The notes beneath the pieces were generated by a model. It was not told the DNA's origin and searched no databases. It worked only from the letters and a program-made list of their open reading frames with translations. The position numbers and the translations under genes were made by a program. Source: Alphaproteobacteria bacterium (lineage in GTDB: Bacteria > Pseudomonadota > Alphaproteobacteria > UBA828). From it: 64,000 nt of DNA. The DNA is taken from the NCBI GenBank assembly GCA_965237415.1, contig CBDEFM010000001.1, positions 608,001 to 672,000 on the forward strand. The letters run 5' to 3'. Shown piece by piece: positions 1 to 9,599 of the stretch. Each line of letters begins with the position of its first letter. Position 1 is the first letter of the stretch.

Positions 1-493
1 ACAGTACAGCGCCTGGGGGGCAGGCGTGGAGCGTGTCCTCGAGTACGCAGACGATGGATTGGAGGTCGTAGCACACGACCAACTGCGCGCCGGCGCCGAT
101 GCATTCGGAATCGCCCCCACCATGGATCTCGCCGAGCTTCATTCGTCGGATTCTTTGGGAAGCGCAAGCTGGACGGGATCGCTCATTGGTGTCGACCTTG
201 GCAACGCACATTTGCCGCCTGTCTTTGGCGACGCCGAGCTTGGCGTTGACTTGGCGAGCCTCGACGGTACTGCGGAGTTCGAGAATCTCACTGTCCATAC
301 CGATGGAGAAGCGGTCGACTTTCGATCTCCTGATCTCACGTACGACATTGAGGTCACCGGGAATTCATTTTCCGATGCGGACGGCCATCTTGCGGGCTCC
401 TTCTTTGGTCCCGCTCACGAGGAGATGGCGGGAATTCTCAATGATCGGACCCCTACGGTCGATCTCCTCGCAGGCTTCGGCGGAACTCGCTAG
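1..493 (+). CDS. C-terminal part of a transferrin-binding-protein-like beta-barrel surface protein (5' end outside window)
   Basis: Frame is open from the window start. C-terminal motifs ASWTGSLIG and GSFFGPAHEEMAG...LLAGFGGTR are typical of TbpB-like beta-barrels. Confidence 0.55.
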   Translation, partial: QYSAWGAGVERVLEYADDGLEVVAHDQLRAGADAFGIAPTMDLAELHSSDSLGSASWTGSLIGVDLGNAHLPPVFGDAELGVDLASLDGTAEFENLTVHTDGEAVDFRSPDLTYDIEVTGNSFSDADGHLAGSFFGPAHEEMAGILNDRTPTVDLLAGFGGTR

Positions 494-671
494 TACGGCA
501 GAGAACTCTGGCTCAACCACTAGAATTAGTGGCTGGAGTATGCGAGCTGGGTGATCGAGGCTCATACGCGAAGACCGCGCCGCCGACCTCAGCCACCTCA
601 TATCCTTCACCCACTTCTGCAACATCGCCCTACTCGACACCGAAATAGCGATCGCCGCTTATCGTTCTGTC

Positions 672-911
672 ATGACCAGCCTCTGGAAACAGGATCGACC
701 GATGTCGCGTGCCGCCTTCGAGGCGCGCTTTCCCGACGAGGCCGCCTGTGCCCGCCATCTCGCCGCCAAGCGCTGGCCCGACGGCTTCGTCTGCCCCGCC
801 TGCGGCCATGACAGAGGCTGGGAACTGAAGCGTCGCCGGGCGAGCTGGGAATGTGCAGCCTGCGGCAAGGAACCCGCCGGCTACCGCGACATCGTCGGAC
901 AACGCGCCTGA
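672..911 (+). pseudogene. Internally deleted IS1595-family transposase
   Basis: N-terminal zinc ribbon (FPDEAAC..RWPDGFVCPACG...WECAACG) is fused directly to a C-terminal-like PAGYRDIVGQRA*; no DDE domain. Confidence 0.75.
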
Positions 912-1132
912 TCCTCGCCGCCGGCCGATGACGCCACCGCCGCGCTCCCACCCGCCTCGGTCAGGGCCCCAATACCCGCCTTCCTACCGGCCTCACAGCA
1001 CCCGAAGGCACGTCACAAAGCTCCAAAGCCCCCGTCCATCGCCTGGCTCGGTTCGCAGACCGCGCACAGAAACTGCACAGGCCGATCAACATATGGCGTA
1101 ACCGGAATCAAAGGGAGAAGCCTTTTATCTAT

Positions 1133-2171
1133 ATAGGGTATCCACTTCGCTCTCGTTGTGACAAGATATTGGGATGGCCGAGGAAGCGGCGCCGCCCGTC
1201 GGCGGGATCGACTATCCACGCACGCTGAGTGAATTCGATGCGTGGTTTCCTTCGGAGACGGCCTGTTCGGATTATCTTCTGCGTGTCCGTTGGCCTGATG
1301 GTTTCCGGTGTCCGTCCTGTGGAGCGTCGGCGGCGTGGACGACTGCCCGGGGCCAGCTTCGATGTGGTGGATGCGATCGCCAAACATCGCCGATCGCGGG
1401 AACGACTTTCGAGGGGACGCGCAAGCCGTTGCGGCTCTGGTTTCAGGCGATGTGGTACGTGACCAATCAGAAGCATGGCGTCAGTGCCCTTGGGCTACAG
1501 AGGATACTCGGCCTCGGCAGCTACCAGACGGCCTGGACGTGGCTTCATAAGCTTCGCCGAGCCATGGTGCGACCGGGTCGAGACCTCCTGGAGGGCGATG
1601 TCGAGGTAGACGAAACCTACGTTGGGGGCCGGGAAACAGGCGTTGTCGGCCGGGAAACAAACAAGAAATCGATCGTCGCGATTGCCGCTGAGATTCGCGG
1701 ACGGGGCACCGGTCGTATTCGCATGGCCTGTGTCCGTGACGTCTCCGCCAAAAGCCTGGTGTCGTTCGTCCAAACCTCCGTGGCCCCGGGCGCGACGGTT
1801 CGAACCGACGGCTGGCGAGCCTATGGCGGTCTCGCGGGCGTCGGCTTCGAACACCTGTCGAGGAACATTTCCGCCAGCGGCGACCCGGCCCACGTCGTCA
1901 TGCCTCGCGTTCACCGCGTGGCCGCTCTTCTCGATCGCTGGTGGCTCGGAATCCACCATGGCGCCATCCGTTCCTCCCAGCTCGACTATTACCTCGACGA
2001 ATTCACCTTCCGCTTCAACCGCCGCCACTCGAAGGCTCGCGGCCTCTTGTTCTACCGCCTCCTCCAGCAAGCGGTGCAACTCGAGCCCGTGCCATACAAG
2101 AAGCTCGTGGGCGGAAAGCCCAAGGGATAAATCCATATCTAGACCCTACGAGAGCGAAGTGGATACCCTAT
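1133..2171 (+). mobile_element. Complete IS1595-family insertion sequence
   Basis: Perfect 24-bp TIRs ATAGGGTATCCACTTCGCTCTCGT (1133-1156 / 2148-2171); 8-bp TSD TTATCTAT (1125-1132 / 2172-2179). Confidence 0.95.
1174..2130 (+). CDS. IS1595-family transposase
   Basis: Zinc ribbon CPSC/CGGC, VEVDETYVGG, TDGW, YLDEFTFRFNRR motifs. Confidence 0.95.
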   Translation: MAEEAAPPVGGIDYPRTLSEFDAWFPSETACSDYLLRVRWPDGFRCPSCGASAAWTTARGQLRCGGCDRQTSPIAGTTFEGTRKPLRLWFQAMWYVTNQKHGVSALGLQRILGLGSYQTAWTWLHKLRRAMVRPGRDLLEGDVEVDETYVGGRETGVVGRETNKKSIVAIAAEIRGRGTGRIRMACVRDVSAKSLVSFVQTSVAPGATVRTDGWRAYGGLAGVGFEHLSRNISASGDPAHVVMPRVHRVAALLDRWWLGIHHGAIRSSQLDYYLDEFTFRFNRRHSKARGLLFYRLLQQAVQLEPVPYKKLVGGKPKG

Positions 2172-2272
2172 TTATCTATGAGATAAAAAACCATTTTTCC
2201 TTTAACTCGCTCGCCATCAACCTCCGAAATTCGCCCCCTTGACCCCCGCGTCGATTTCCCGCCATGCCGCGC

Positions 2273-3748
2273 TCATTCCTCGCGCATCGAGCGCGTGAAG
2301 TAGTCGGTCAGCGGCTTCGCGAGATAGCTGAGCGGCGTGCGCTCGCCGGTGCGCACATGCACCTCGACCGGCATTCCCGGCGCCAGCGCGAGCGCCAACG
2401 GGCCGGCGCCGTCCCTGTCCGCGGCCCGTCCGGCCGCAGCCGCCGGTCCGTCCGCCCCGAACCAGCCCGGCCAGCCCTCGCGCAGCCAGCGCCCGGCGTC
2501 CTCGGGCAGCGCCGCCGCCGCCGCCCGCGGCACCGACCGCAGCCACCGCACCGCATCGAACGTCCCGTCGGGCGCCCGTTCCGCACGGATCGCCACCTCC
2601 ACCTCGTACCAGTCGAGACCCGTCCGCTCGTCGCGCTGCGCGTCCGCCGACACGCGCACGATCCGCCCGGCGTACTCCGGCGTCACCCGCGCCGGAAAGG
2701 CCGAGAACAGCAGCACCGCATCCTGCCCCGCACGCACCTGGTCGACATGGATCGGCTCGACCCGCGCCCTCACCACCAGCGCCGCGCCCTCGGGCACCAG
2801 GTGCAGGATCGGCTCCCCCGGACGGACCACCTCGCCCAGGGTCGACACCCGCATCCCGTACACCTCGCCCGCCACCGGCGCCCGCACCGCCAGCGTCCCG
2901 AGACGCCGGCGCACCTCGCGGAGCCGTTCGCGCGCCTGGTGCTCGCGGGCCTGCACCTCGCGCGCCCGTCCCTCCGCCTCTTCGATGCGCCGGGTCCCGA
3001 TACGCAGGATCTCGATCTCGATCTCGGCGATGCGTCCCCGCACGCCGGCGATCCGCGCCTCAATCTCGCCCGCCTGTCCCTCAAGACGCGCCGCCTCGCG
3101 CTCCAGACCCATCAGCCGATGAAGCTCCGTCAGCTTTTTCGCGAACAGCTCCCGCTGCGCATCGAGTTCGCGGGCGAGGAACCCGCGCTGACGCACGACC
3201 GCCTCGCCCTGCGCCTCGAGCCCCGCGATCTGCCTCCGCATCTGCCCGATCCGCTCTCGCAGCTGCGCCACCTCCCCGGAGCGCGACTCGCGCCGCGCCG
3301 CAAACAGCCGCGCCTGCCCGTCGAGGATGGCGGCAATCGCCGGATCGTCCAACGCCCTTGCCTCCAGTTCGCCATCCCAGGCGATGGTATCGGCATTCAG
3401 GAACTCCGCCTCCAGACGGTTGCGCCGGGCCACCAGGTCCGCGAGCTGCGCCGCCAGAAGCGCCTCCTCCGCCAGCAACGCCTCGCCGCCGAAGCGCAGC
3501 ACAACGTCGCCGGCCGCGACCCGGTCGCCGTCGCGCACCAGGATCGCCGCCACCGTGCCGCCATCGACGTTCTCCACCACCTGGTCCCGGGTCTCTACCT
3601 CGACCCGGCCCGCCGCGATCACCGCGCCGGAGATCGAGGAGAACGCCCCCCACCCGAACAGTCCCGCGCCCAGCACCGCCAGCGTCGCGAACCCCAGCAC
3701 CAGGGACCGCCGCGCCGCGAACGGGCGCCGCGCCTTCCGCCGACTCAC
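2273..3748 (-). CDS. HlyD-family type I secretion periplasmic adaptor (PrtE/AprE-like)
   Basis: N-terminal TM helix, GAVIAAGRV..GGTV..ILVRDGDRV, long coiled coil, APVAGEV, PGMPVEV..TGERTPLSYL.KPL. Confidence 0.93.
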   Translation of the reverse strand: MSRRKARRPFAARRSLVLGFATLAVLGAGLFGWGAFSSISGAVIAAGRVEVETRDQVVENVDGGTVAAILVRDGDRVAAGDVVLRFGGEALLAEEALLAAQLADLVARRNRLEAEFLNADTIAWDGELEARALDDPAIAAILDGQARLFAARRESRSGEVAQLRERIGQMRRQIAGLEAQGEAVVRQRGFLARELDAQRELFAKKLTELHRLMGLEREAARLEGQAGEIEARIAGVRGRIAEIEIEILRIGTRRIEEAEGRAREVQAREHQARERLREVRRRLGTLAVRAPVAGEVYGMRVSTLGEVVRPGEPILHLVPEGAALVVRARVEPIHVDQVRAGQDAVLLFSAFPARVTPEYAGRIVRVSADAQRDERTGLDWYEVEVAIRAERAPDGTFDAVRWLRSVPRAAAAALPEDAGRWLREGWPGWFGADGPAAAAGRAADRDGAGPLALALAPGMPVEVHVRTGERTPLSYLAKPLTDYFTRSMREE

Positions 3749-5544
3749 GAATCCGCACCGTCGCCGGGTTCCGGCAGGGGCACCACGCGCACCGCCCCCG
3801 GCGGCAGCGCCCTGGCTGCCCCCGGCGGGCCCGGAACCCGCACCGCCCGCAGCGGCGCAACGCCAGGGGCCCGGCGCGCGCCTTCGTCCGGCTCCGTCGG
3901 TTGCAGAACCCCGCGCTCCATGCGCAGCACCGTGTCGCAGACCGCGAACGCCCCCGGACGGTGCGCAACGATCACCGCCGCGCCCCCGCGCGCCTTGAGC
4001 CCCGCGATCGCCGCCTGCAGCGCCTCCACACCGGCGCTATCGAGATGCGCGTCGGGTTCGTCCAGGATCGCCACGGCGGGCTCGCCGTAGAACGCGCGGG
4101 CGAGCGCGATCCGCTGGCGCTGGCCGCCCGAGAGCGCCGCCCCGCCGGCCGCGACCGGGAAGTCGTAACCGCCGGGCAGGTCCAGGATCATCTCGTGCGC
4201 GCCCGCCGCCCGGGCCGCGCGCACCACCGCGTCCGGCTCCGGCTCCGGCGCCAGCCGGGCGATGTTCTCGGCCACCGTGCCGTCGAACAGCACCACCTCC
4301 TGGGGCAGCCAGCCGACATGGCGCGACAGCACCTCCTCGCCGTACTGGTCGAGCGCGGCGCCGCCCAGCGTGACCTTGCCCGACGCCGCCGGCCACACCC
4401 CGGCGAGCGCCCGCGCGAGCGACGACTTGCCCGACGCCGAGGGACCCGCGATCCCGAGCGCCCGCCCCGGCTCCAGGCGGAACGAGACGCCCCGCACCGA
4501 CGGCGCCTCGGCCCCCGGCGGCGCCACCACCAGGTGAGCGGCCTCGACCAGCGCCGCGGGCGCGGGAAGCGGCGTGTGCGCCGGCTCCTCCGGGGTCTCG
4601 TGCAACAGCTGCGCCAGCGAGCGCCGCCCCTCCAGCGCCCGCTGGAGCACCGGCCACTGGGCCACCGCCTGATCGATCGGCGCCAGCGCCCGGCCCAGCA
4701 GGATCGACGCCGCGATCATGATCCCCGGCGTCACCTCCGCCCGGATCGCGAGCCACGCCCCGAGACCCAGCATCATCGACTGCAGGAACAGCCGGAGCGT
4801 GCGCGACGTCACCGCGAACGCCCCGCCCCGGTCCGAGGCGGCCAAGGTGAGCGACAGCGCGGTGCCCCGGAGCGTGCCGGTGCGCTCGATCACCGCCCGG
4901 CGCATGCCGAGGCCGCGCACCGTCTCGCCGCCGCCGCGCACCTGCTCCACGAAGTGGAAGGCCCGCGCCGACGCGTCCCCCGCTTCCGCCTGGAGGCGCG
5001 CGGTTCGCGCCTGGTTGACCAGCGCGAGCCCAAGCAGCAGCACGCCCGAGGTCACCGCCAGCAGCCCCAGCAGCCAGTGGAAGGTGAACAGCACGAACAG
5101 GAACACCGGCGTCCACGGCGCGTCGAAGAACGCGAACGGCCCCGGGCCGGAGGCGAAGCGCTGCATCTCCTCGAGGTCCGCAAGCCCCGTCGCCGGCGCC
5201 GAGCGCGCCCGCGGCGAGCGCCCGGCCCGGGTCAGGATGGCCCCCAGCACCCTGGGGTCGAGGCGGGCCTGGAAGCGCGCCCCGGCGCGGGCCAGCACCC
5301 GGGCCCGGGCGTGGTCCAGCAGGCCCATCGCGAGAAACAGGAAGGCGACGATGGCGACCAGCGCCACCAGCGTCGCCTCCGAGCGCGAGGTCAGCACCCG
5401 GTCGTAGACCTGCAGCATGAACAGCGGGCCGGTCAGCATCAGCAGGTTCACGAACGCACTGAACAGACCGATCGAGACGAACAGCCTCCGGCTCTCCGAA
5501 AGCGCCATGCGGATCTCGCCGCCGCCGCTGTCGCTCGGGGACAT
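3745..5544 (-). CDS. Type I secretion ABC transporter permease/ATPase (PrtD/AprD-like)
   Basis: NLLMLTGPLFMLQVYDRVL, Walker A GPSASGKS, LSGGQRQRIALARA, LDEP. Confidence 0.95.
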   Translation of the reverse strand: MSPSDSGGGEIRMALSESRRLFVSIGLFSAFVNLLMLTGPLFMLQVYDRVLTSRSEATLVALVAIVAFLFLAMGLLDHARARVLARAGARFQARLDPRVLGAILTRAGRSPRARSAPATGLADLEEMQRFASGPGPFAFFDAPWTPVFLFVLFTFHWLLGLLAVTSGVLLLGLALVNQARTARLQAEAGDASARAFHFVEQVRGGGETVRGLGMRRAVIERTGTLRGTALSLTLAASDRGGAFAVTSRTLRLFLQSMMLGLGAWLAIRAEVTPGIMIAASILLGRALAPIDQAVAQWPVLQRALEGRRSLAQLLHETPEEPAHTPLPAPAALVEAAHLVVAPPGAEAPSVRGVSFRLEPGRALGIAGPSASGKSSLARALAGVWPAASGKVTLGGAALDQYGEEVLSRHVGWLPQEVVLFDGTVAENIARLAPEPEPDAVVRAARAAGAHEMILDLPGGYDFPVAAGGAALSGGQRQRIALARAFYGEPAVAILDEPDAHLDSAGVEALQAAIAGLKARGGAAVIVAHRPGAFAVCDTVLRMERGVLQPTEPDEGARRAPGVAPLRAVRVPGPPGAARALPPGAVRVVPLPEPGDGADS

Positions 5545-5587
5545 CCCCGCGCCCGCCCTGCCGCCCGGCTTCCGCGCAACCCCGGCC

Positions 5588-5692
5588 CTACATCCTCTCC
5601 GTCATCTCGTCCACCGACAGCGTGTAGGTGCCGGTCTCGCCCCGTTCCGCGCCAGCCGGGACGTAATGCGTAGCCGAATAGTCGTCAGGCAT
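5588..5692 (-). pseudogene. 34-aa remnant of a probable secreted (PPC-domain-like) T1SS substrate
   Basis: MPDDYSATHYVPAGAERGETGTYTLSVDEMTERM* with a GGAG RBS, directly upstream of the prtD-like gene. HYV.AG...TGTYTLSV resembles the end of a pre-peptidase C-terminal domain. Confidence 0.45.
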
Positions 5693-6808
5693 GGGTACAA
5701 CTCCAGAAGTTCATGAACACGAATGAGGCGTCGCCCAGCACGGCGGCCGCCCGGGGCAGGGCGGCGCGCCGGCGGACGGCGGGAGGCACCGTCCCGCTCG
5801 GGCAGGAGACGCCCCGGACCGTCAAGGGAGCACCCGGTCCGCCGCCGCCCGTGCGATTCGAAGCCGGGGAGGCGTTGGCAGCGACCGCCGTCACGGCGCT
5901 CGGACGCGTCGCAGCCGGATCCGGCACCGTTCGCCGGACAAGGGGCGAGTGGAAAGGAAAGGCGGCTGCCCGGCCTGACCCAAGAAAGGGCGCCCGCCCG
6001 AAGAGCGGTAGCGGGCAAGGACGCGGCCGAATACGGAATACAGATCGGCGCGCTGCACGCCAGCAAAGTCCGAGGCAAACTCTTCGCCTCGCCCGTCATC
6101 GGCTCTCGAATTCGGCCTGTGCCCGTGTCGCGCCTGCCCCCGCGCAAACGCACAACCGTCGGTGCCGCGGCCAGCCATTGCGGGGGACGGCAGCTTGGCC
6201 GCGCGGAGGGCCTCACGGCCCCGGACCCGCCGGGATCGGCGGCGCGGCGCAGCACGCGCCCACGCGCCAGGCCCCCGGCAGCCATCGCCGCACAAAAAAG
6301 CCATTCTCCCGGAGGAGGAGGCGGAAACGGCCGGGAAGGAAGGGGGCGGCAACCCGCGCCGCGCCCACACGCGAGCGGCCGCGATGCGGCGGAACGGCAG
6401 GGCCGGGGAAGAAACGCCGCGCGCGGTCCGCTTCCCCGATTGGACAACAGGCTTCAAACCGCTTCATCGGACAGACAACTCCCAACCACTCCACACAATT
6501 CAACCGCCTCGCCGCTTCCGCTTCGCATCCCGCAGCCCCAGCGCCAGCCAGGGCGGAATCGCTGACAGGACGAATGTTAAACGTCCTATAAGTGATTGCA
6601 AACACAGAGTTATTAGGCTGTTACCACAATTTGTTTTTCTCTTGTGGCCCGCCCGCATTCCGCTCGAACAGCCTCCATGCAGGTCTGCACCGGCGACACG
6701 GCACGTCGGCGGACTTCCGCCGGGGGCGTGTTGAAAAAGATACGTTTGTGCAATAACGAATATTGTCTTTGTCTTTCTCCAACCCCGCGGTTCCTGGCGC
6801 CCCGATAC

Positions 6809-7096
6809 GTGATTCCCCTGCCGCCTCTCGACTGCCTGCGATTCTTCGAGGCTGCCGCCCGGCACCAGAGCTTCGTGCTCGCCGCCGACGAGCTCGGCGT
6901 CACCCCGCCGGCCGTCGCCCACCGCATCCGCATGCTCGAGAGCCATCTCGGCACCGCGCTGTTCATCCGCCGCCATCGCGGCGTGCGTCTCAACCGCCGC
7001 GGCCGGGCCTATTACGAGGAAGTCCGGCGCATCCTCCTCGACATCATTGAGACCACCGGGCGCCACGGCGACCGCAGGCGCTTTCGCGGCCCCTAG
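6809..7096 (+). CDS. LysR-type HTH-only protein (truncated duplicate of the downstream regulator)
   Basis: LPPLDCLRFFEAAARHQSFVLAADELGVTPPAVAHRIRMLE is nearly identical to the N-terminus of the next ORF; stops after about 95 aa. Confidence 0.7.
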   Translation: MIPLPPLDCLRFFEAAARHQSFVLAADELGVTPPAVAHRIRMLESHLGTALFIRRHRGVRLNRRGRAYYEEVRRILLDIIETTGRHGDRRRFRGP

Positions 7097-7202
7097 AGCC
7101 GGCGTCCCGGCGGCTCCGCCGCGGCGCCCGGCTTGCCTGAGACGCGCCGATGTGAGATGACATAATCGAGTTTTGCCAAAGGGCTTCGTCTGGACCTTCC
7201 CC

Positions 7203-8150
7203 GTGCTGCACCTTCCCCCGCTCGAAAGCCTGCGGTTCTTCGAGGCCGCCGCCCGGCACCAGAGTTTCGTCCTTGCCGGCAAGGAGCTCGGCGTCACCGC
7301 CGCCGCCGTCGCCCACCGTATCCGCACCCTGGAGAGGCATCTCGGCGCCGAGCTCTTCGAGCGCCGGCGCCGCGGCGTGCGCCTCAACCGCCGCGGCCGG
7401 GCCTATCTCAAGGAGGTCCAGCGCATCCTGGCCGAAGTCCACGGCGTCTCCGAGCGCCAGCGCCACACCCCCCGGCGGGTGCGCATCGTCTCGGTCGAGG
7501 CGGTGGCCGAGAAGTGGCTGCTGCCGAGGCTCGTCTCGTTCAAGGCCGCCCACCCCGGCATCGCCATCGAACTCGAGACCAACCACCGCGGCGTCGACCC
7601 GGCGCGGCGCGACTTCGACGCCTGGCTCGCCTATTCGGGCGAGACCTCCGCCCCGCGCCCGCTGACACGGCGCGAGGACACGCTGCTCGAGGAGACGCTC
7701 TACGAGGAGCAGCTGCTGCCGGTGTGCAGCCCGGCGCTGCTCGCCGCGCGCGGCCGGCCCCGTGGCCCCGCCGACCTCGCCGATTGGCCGCTGCTCTACG
7801 ATCTCGGCTGGGACGCCGACTGGTCGTACTGGTTCGCCCGCCAGGGCCAGCCCACGCCGGACCTCTCCCGCGCCTCCGGCTTCCGCCTCTACAGCATGCT
7901 GGTCCAGGCTGCCGCGAGCGGGCTCGGCGGCGCCATCGGACGCCCCATGCTGATCGCCCACGAGCTGGAACGGCGGATCCTGGTGCCGCTCTTCGACCGC
8001 CAGGAAGAGGCGCCGGAACGCTGCTGCCTGATCACCACCGCCGCCTCGCGGCAGCGCCCGGAGCTGCGGGCCTTCCGGGAGTGGATCCTCGGCGAGGCCC
8101 GGGCCGCCGCGCCACGCTCCGCCGGCAACGGCGCCCCGCGCCAACCCTGA
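7203..8150 (+). CDS. LysR-family transcriptional regulator (GcvA-like)
   Basis: LPPLESLRFFEAAARHQSF HTH, WLLPRL, PVCSPALL and a substrate-binding domain. Confidence 0.92.
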   Translation: MLHLPPLESLRFFEAAARHQSFVLAGKELGVTAAAVAHRIRTLERHLGAELFERRRRGVRLNRRGRAYLKEVQRILAEVHGVSERQRHTPRRVRIVSVEAVAEKWLLPRLVSFKAAHPGIAIELETNHRGVDPARRDFDAWLAYSGETSAPRPLTRREDTLLEETLYEEQLLPVCSPALLAARGRPRGPADLADWPLLYDLGWDADWSYWFARQGQPTPDLSRASGFRLYSMLVQAAASGLGGAIGRPMLIAHELERRILVPLFDRQEEAPERCCLITTAASRQRPELRAFREWILGEARAAAPRSAGNGAPRQP

Positions 8151-8168
8151 TCCGGCGCGCCGGTATTC

Positions 8169-9224
8169 TCAGCCCGTCCGTCCGCCGGGCGCTTCCGACA
8201 GCCAGGGCCCCAGGCTCTCGCCATAGGCGAACAGCGCCGGCTGCCCGCCGGTGTGCACGAACAGCACCCGGCTCGCGGGCGCGATCCGGCCCGAGCGCAC
8301 ATGGCCGATCAGTCCCGCCATGGCCCTCGCCGTATAGACCGGGTCGAGCAGCAGCCCCTCGTGGCGCGCCGCCAGCGCCATCGCCTCGCGCACCGCGTCA
8401 TTGAGCCGCCCATAGCCCGGCGCCAGCACCGCGTCGCAGACCTCCACCTCGCCCGCATCGAACGCATCCGGCCAGCCGATCATCGCCGCGAGCCCGGACC
8501 CCACCTGCGCCACCCGCGCGCCCTGCCGCCCGCCATCGCGCCGCACGCAGATGCCGAGCACCGGCACCCGCTCGCCGAGCGCCCGCAGCCCGACCAGCAG
8601 GCCGGCATGGGTGAGCGCACTGCCCGAGGCCGTGACCGCCGCGTCGAAGCCGATCCGCAAGTCTCCGGCCTGCTCCGCGACCTCGCCGGCCGCCAGCACG
8701 TAGCCGAGCCCGCCGAGCGGCGGGCAGTCCGGCGCGGAGTGAATCACGTAGGGCTTGCGGCCCTCGGCCGCGAGCGCCGCTGCGCGCCGTTCCATCGCCG
8801 CGTCCGCCGCCGCCTCGTCCTCGCCCTCGGGGAACGCATGCAACGTTGCCCCCAGCACCCGGTCGAGCAGCAGGTTGCCCGACGCGCAATAGAGGTCCCC
8901 GGCGCCCTTCACCCGGTCTTCGAGCTGGATGTGGATCGCCATCCCCAGCCGGCGCGCGGCGGCGGCGGCGATGCACACCAGGTTCGACTGCACCGCGCCG
9001 GTGACCAGCACCGTGTCCGCGCCCCGGGCGCGGGCCTCGCCGAAGTGGAACTCGAGCTGGCGCACCTTGTTGCCGCCGAGGGCGAGGCCCGTGCAGTCGT
9101 CGCGCTTGATCCAGAGCTCGATCCCGAGCGCCGCGCCCAGGTTGGGCGCGGGCTCCAGCGGCGTCGGCATGTGGCCGAGCCGGACCCGCGGAAAGCGGGC
9201 GATGCCGGCAAGGGGGCTGGACAT
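8169..9224 (-). CDS. D-cysteine desulfhydrase / ACC deaminase family PLP enzyme
   Basis: PTPLE, IKRDDCTGLALGGNKVRQLEF, GAVQSN, LLDPVYTA, LFVHTGG; start taken at MSSPLAG. Confidence 0.92.
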   Translation of the reverse strand: MSSPLAGIARFPRVRLGHMPTPLEPAPNLGAALGIELWIKRDDCTGLALGGNKVRQLEFHFGEARARGADTVLVTGAVQSNLVCIAAAAARRLGMAIHIQLEDRVKGAGDLYCASGNLLLDRVLGATLHAFPEGEDEAAADAAMERRAAALAAEGRKPYVIHSAPDCPPLGGLGYVLAAGEVAEQAGDLRIGFDAAVTASGSALTHAGLLVGLRALGERVPVLGICVRRDGGRQGARVAQVGSGLAAMIGWPDAFDAGEVEVCDAVLAPGYGRLNDAVREAMALAARHEGLLLDPVYTARAMAGLIGHVRSGRIAPASRVLFVHTGGQPALFAYGESLGPWLSEAPGGRTG

Positions 9225-9440
9225 GGCGGGCGCGGGCCTTCCGTTCTGCTGCACAGATCGCCGTGCGGGTCTCGCATCGCCGCCCGACAGGTGCCGTCCC
9301 CTTCCGGCGATTGCAAGCGGTTTCGGCCGGAAACGCCCGATTCCGGCGGGACCGGGCGGACCGGGTCCGGTTTCCACCCGCTCGTTCGCAACGCCCGCGC
9401 CGGTGCTCGAGCGCAGCACGTGCCCCTCAGCCCCTCCGGT

Positions 9441-9528
9441 CTGCCTGCGCATCTGCCCGATCCGCTCCTCGAGTTGCATCACCTCCCCGGAGCGCGACTC
9501 GCGCCGCGCTGCGAACAGCCGCGCCTGC
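9441..9528 (-). repeat. Isolated duplicate fragment of the HlyD adaptor gene (copy of about 3230-3318)
   Basis: Encodes QARLFAARRESRSGEVMQLEERIGQMRRQ versus QARLFAARRESRSGEVAQLRERIGQMRRQ in the adaptor. Confidence 0.85.
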
Positions 9529-9599
9529 GCATTCACCAATCGTCCCTGTAGGAATCGACAAGACAGTCCTTGTTGACAACATGTCGGGAGGTTGGTCCG

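Noticed and set aside
2264-5673. Very long + strand ORFs (608, 771 aa) and similar Arg/Pro-rich ORFs elsewhere (e.g. 30966-33350, 51243-53249)
   Set aside because: Antisense or off-frame shadows of real high-GC genes.
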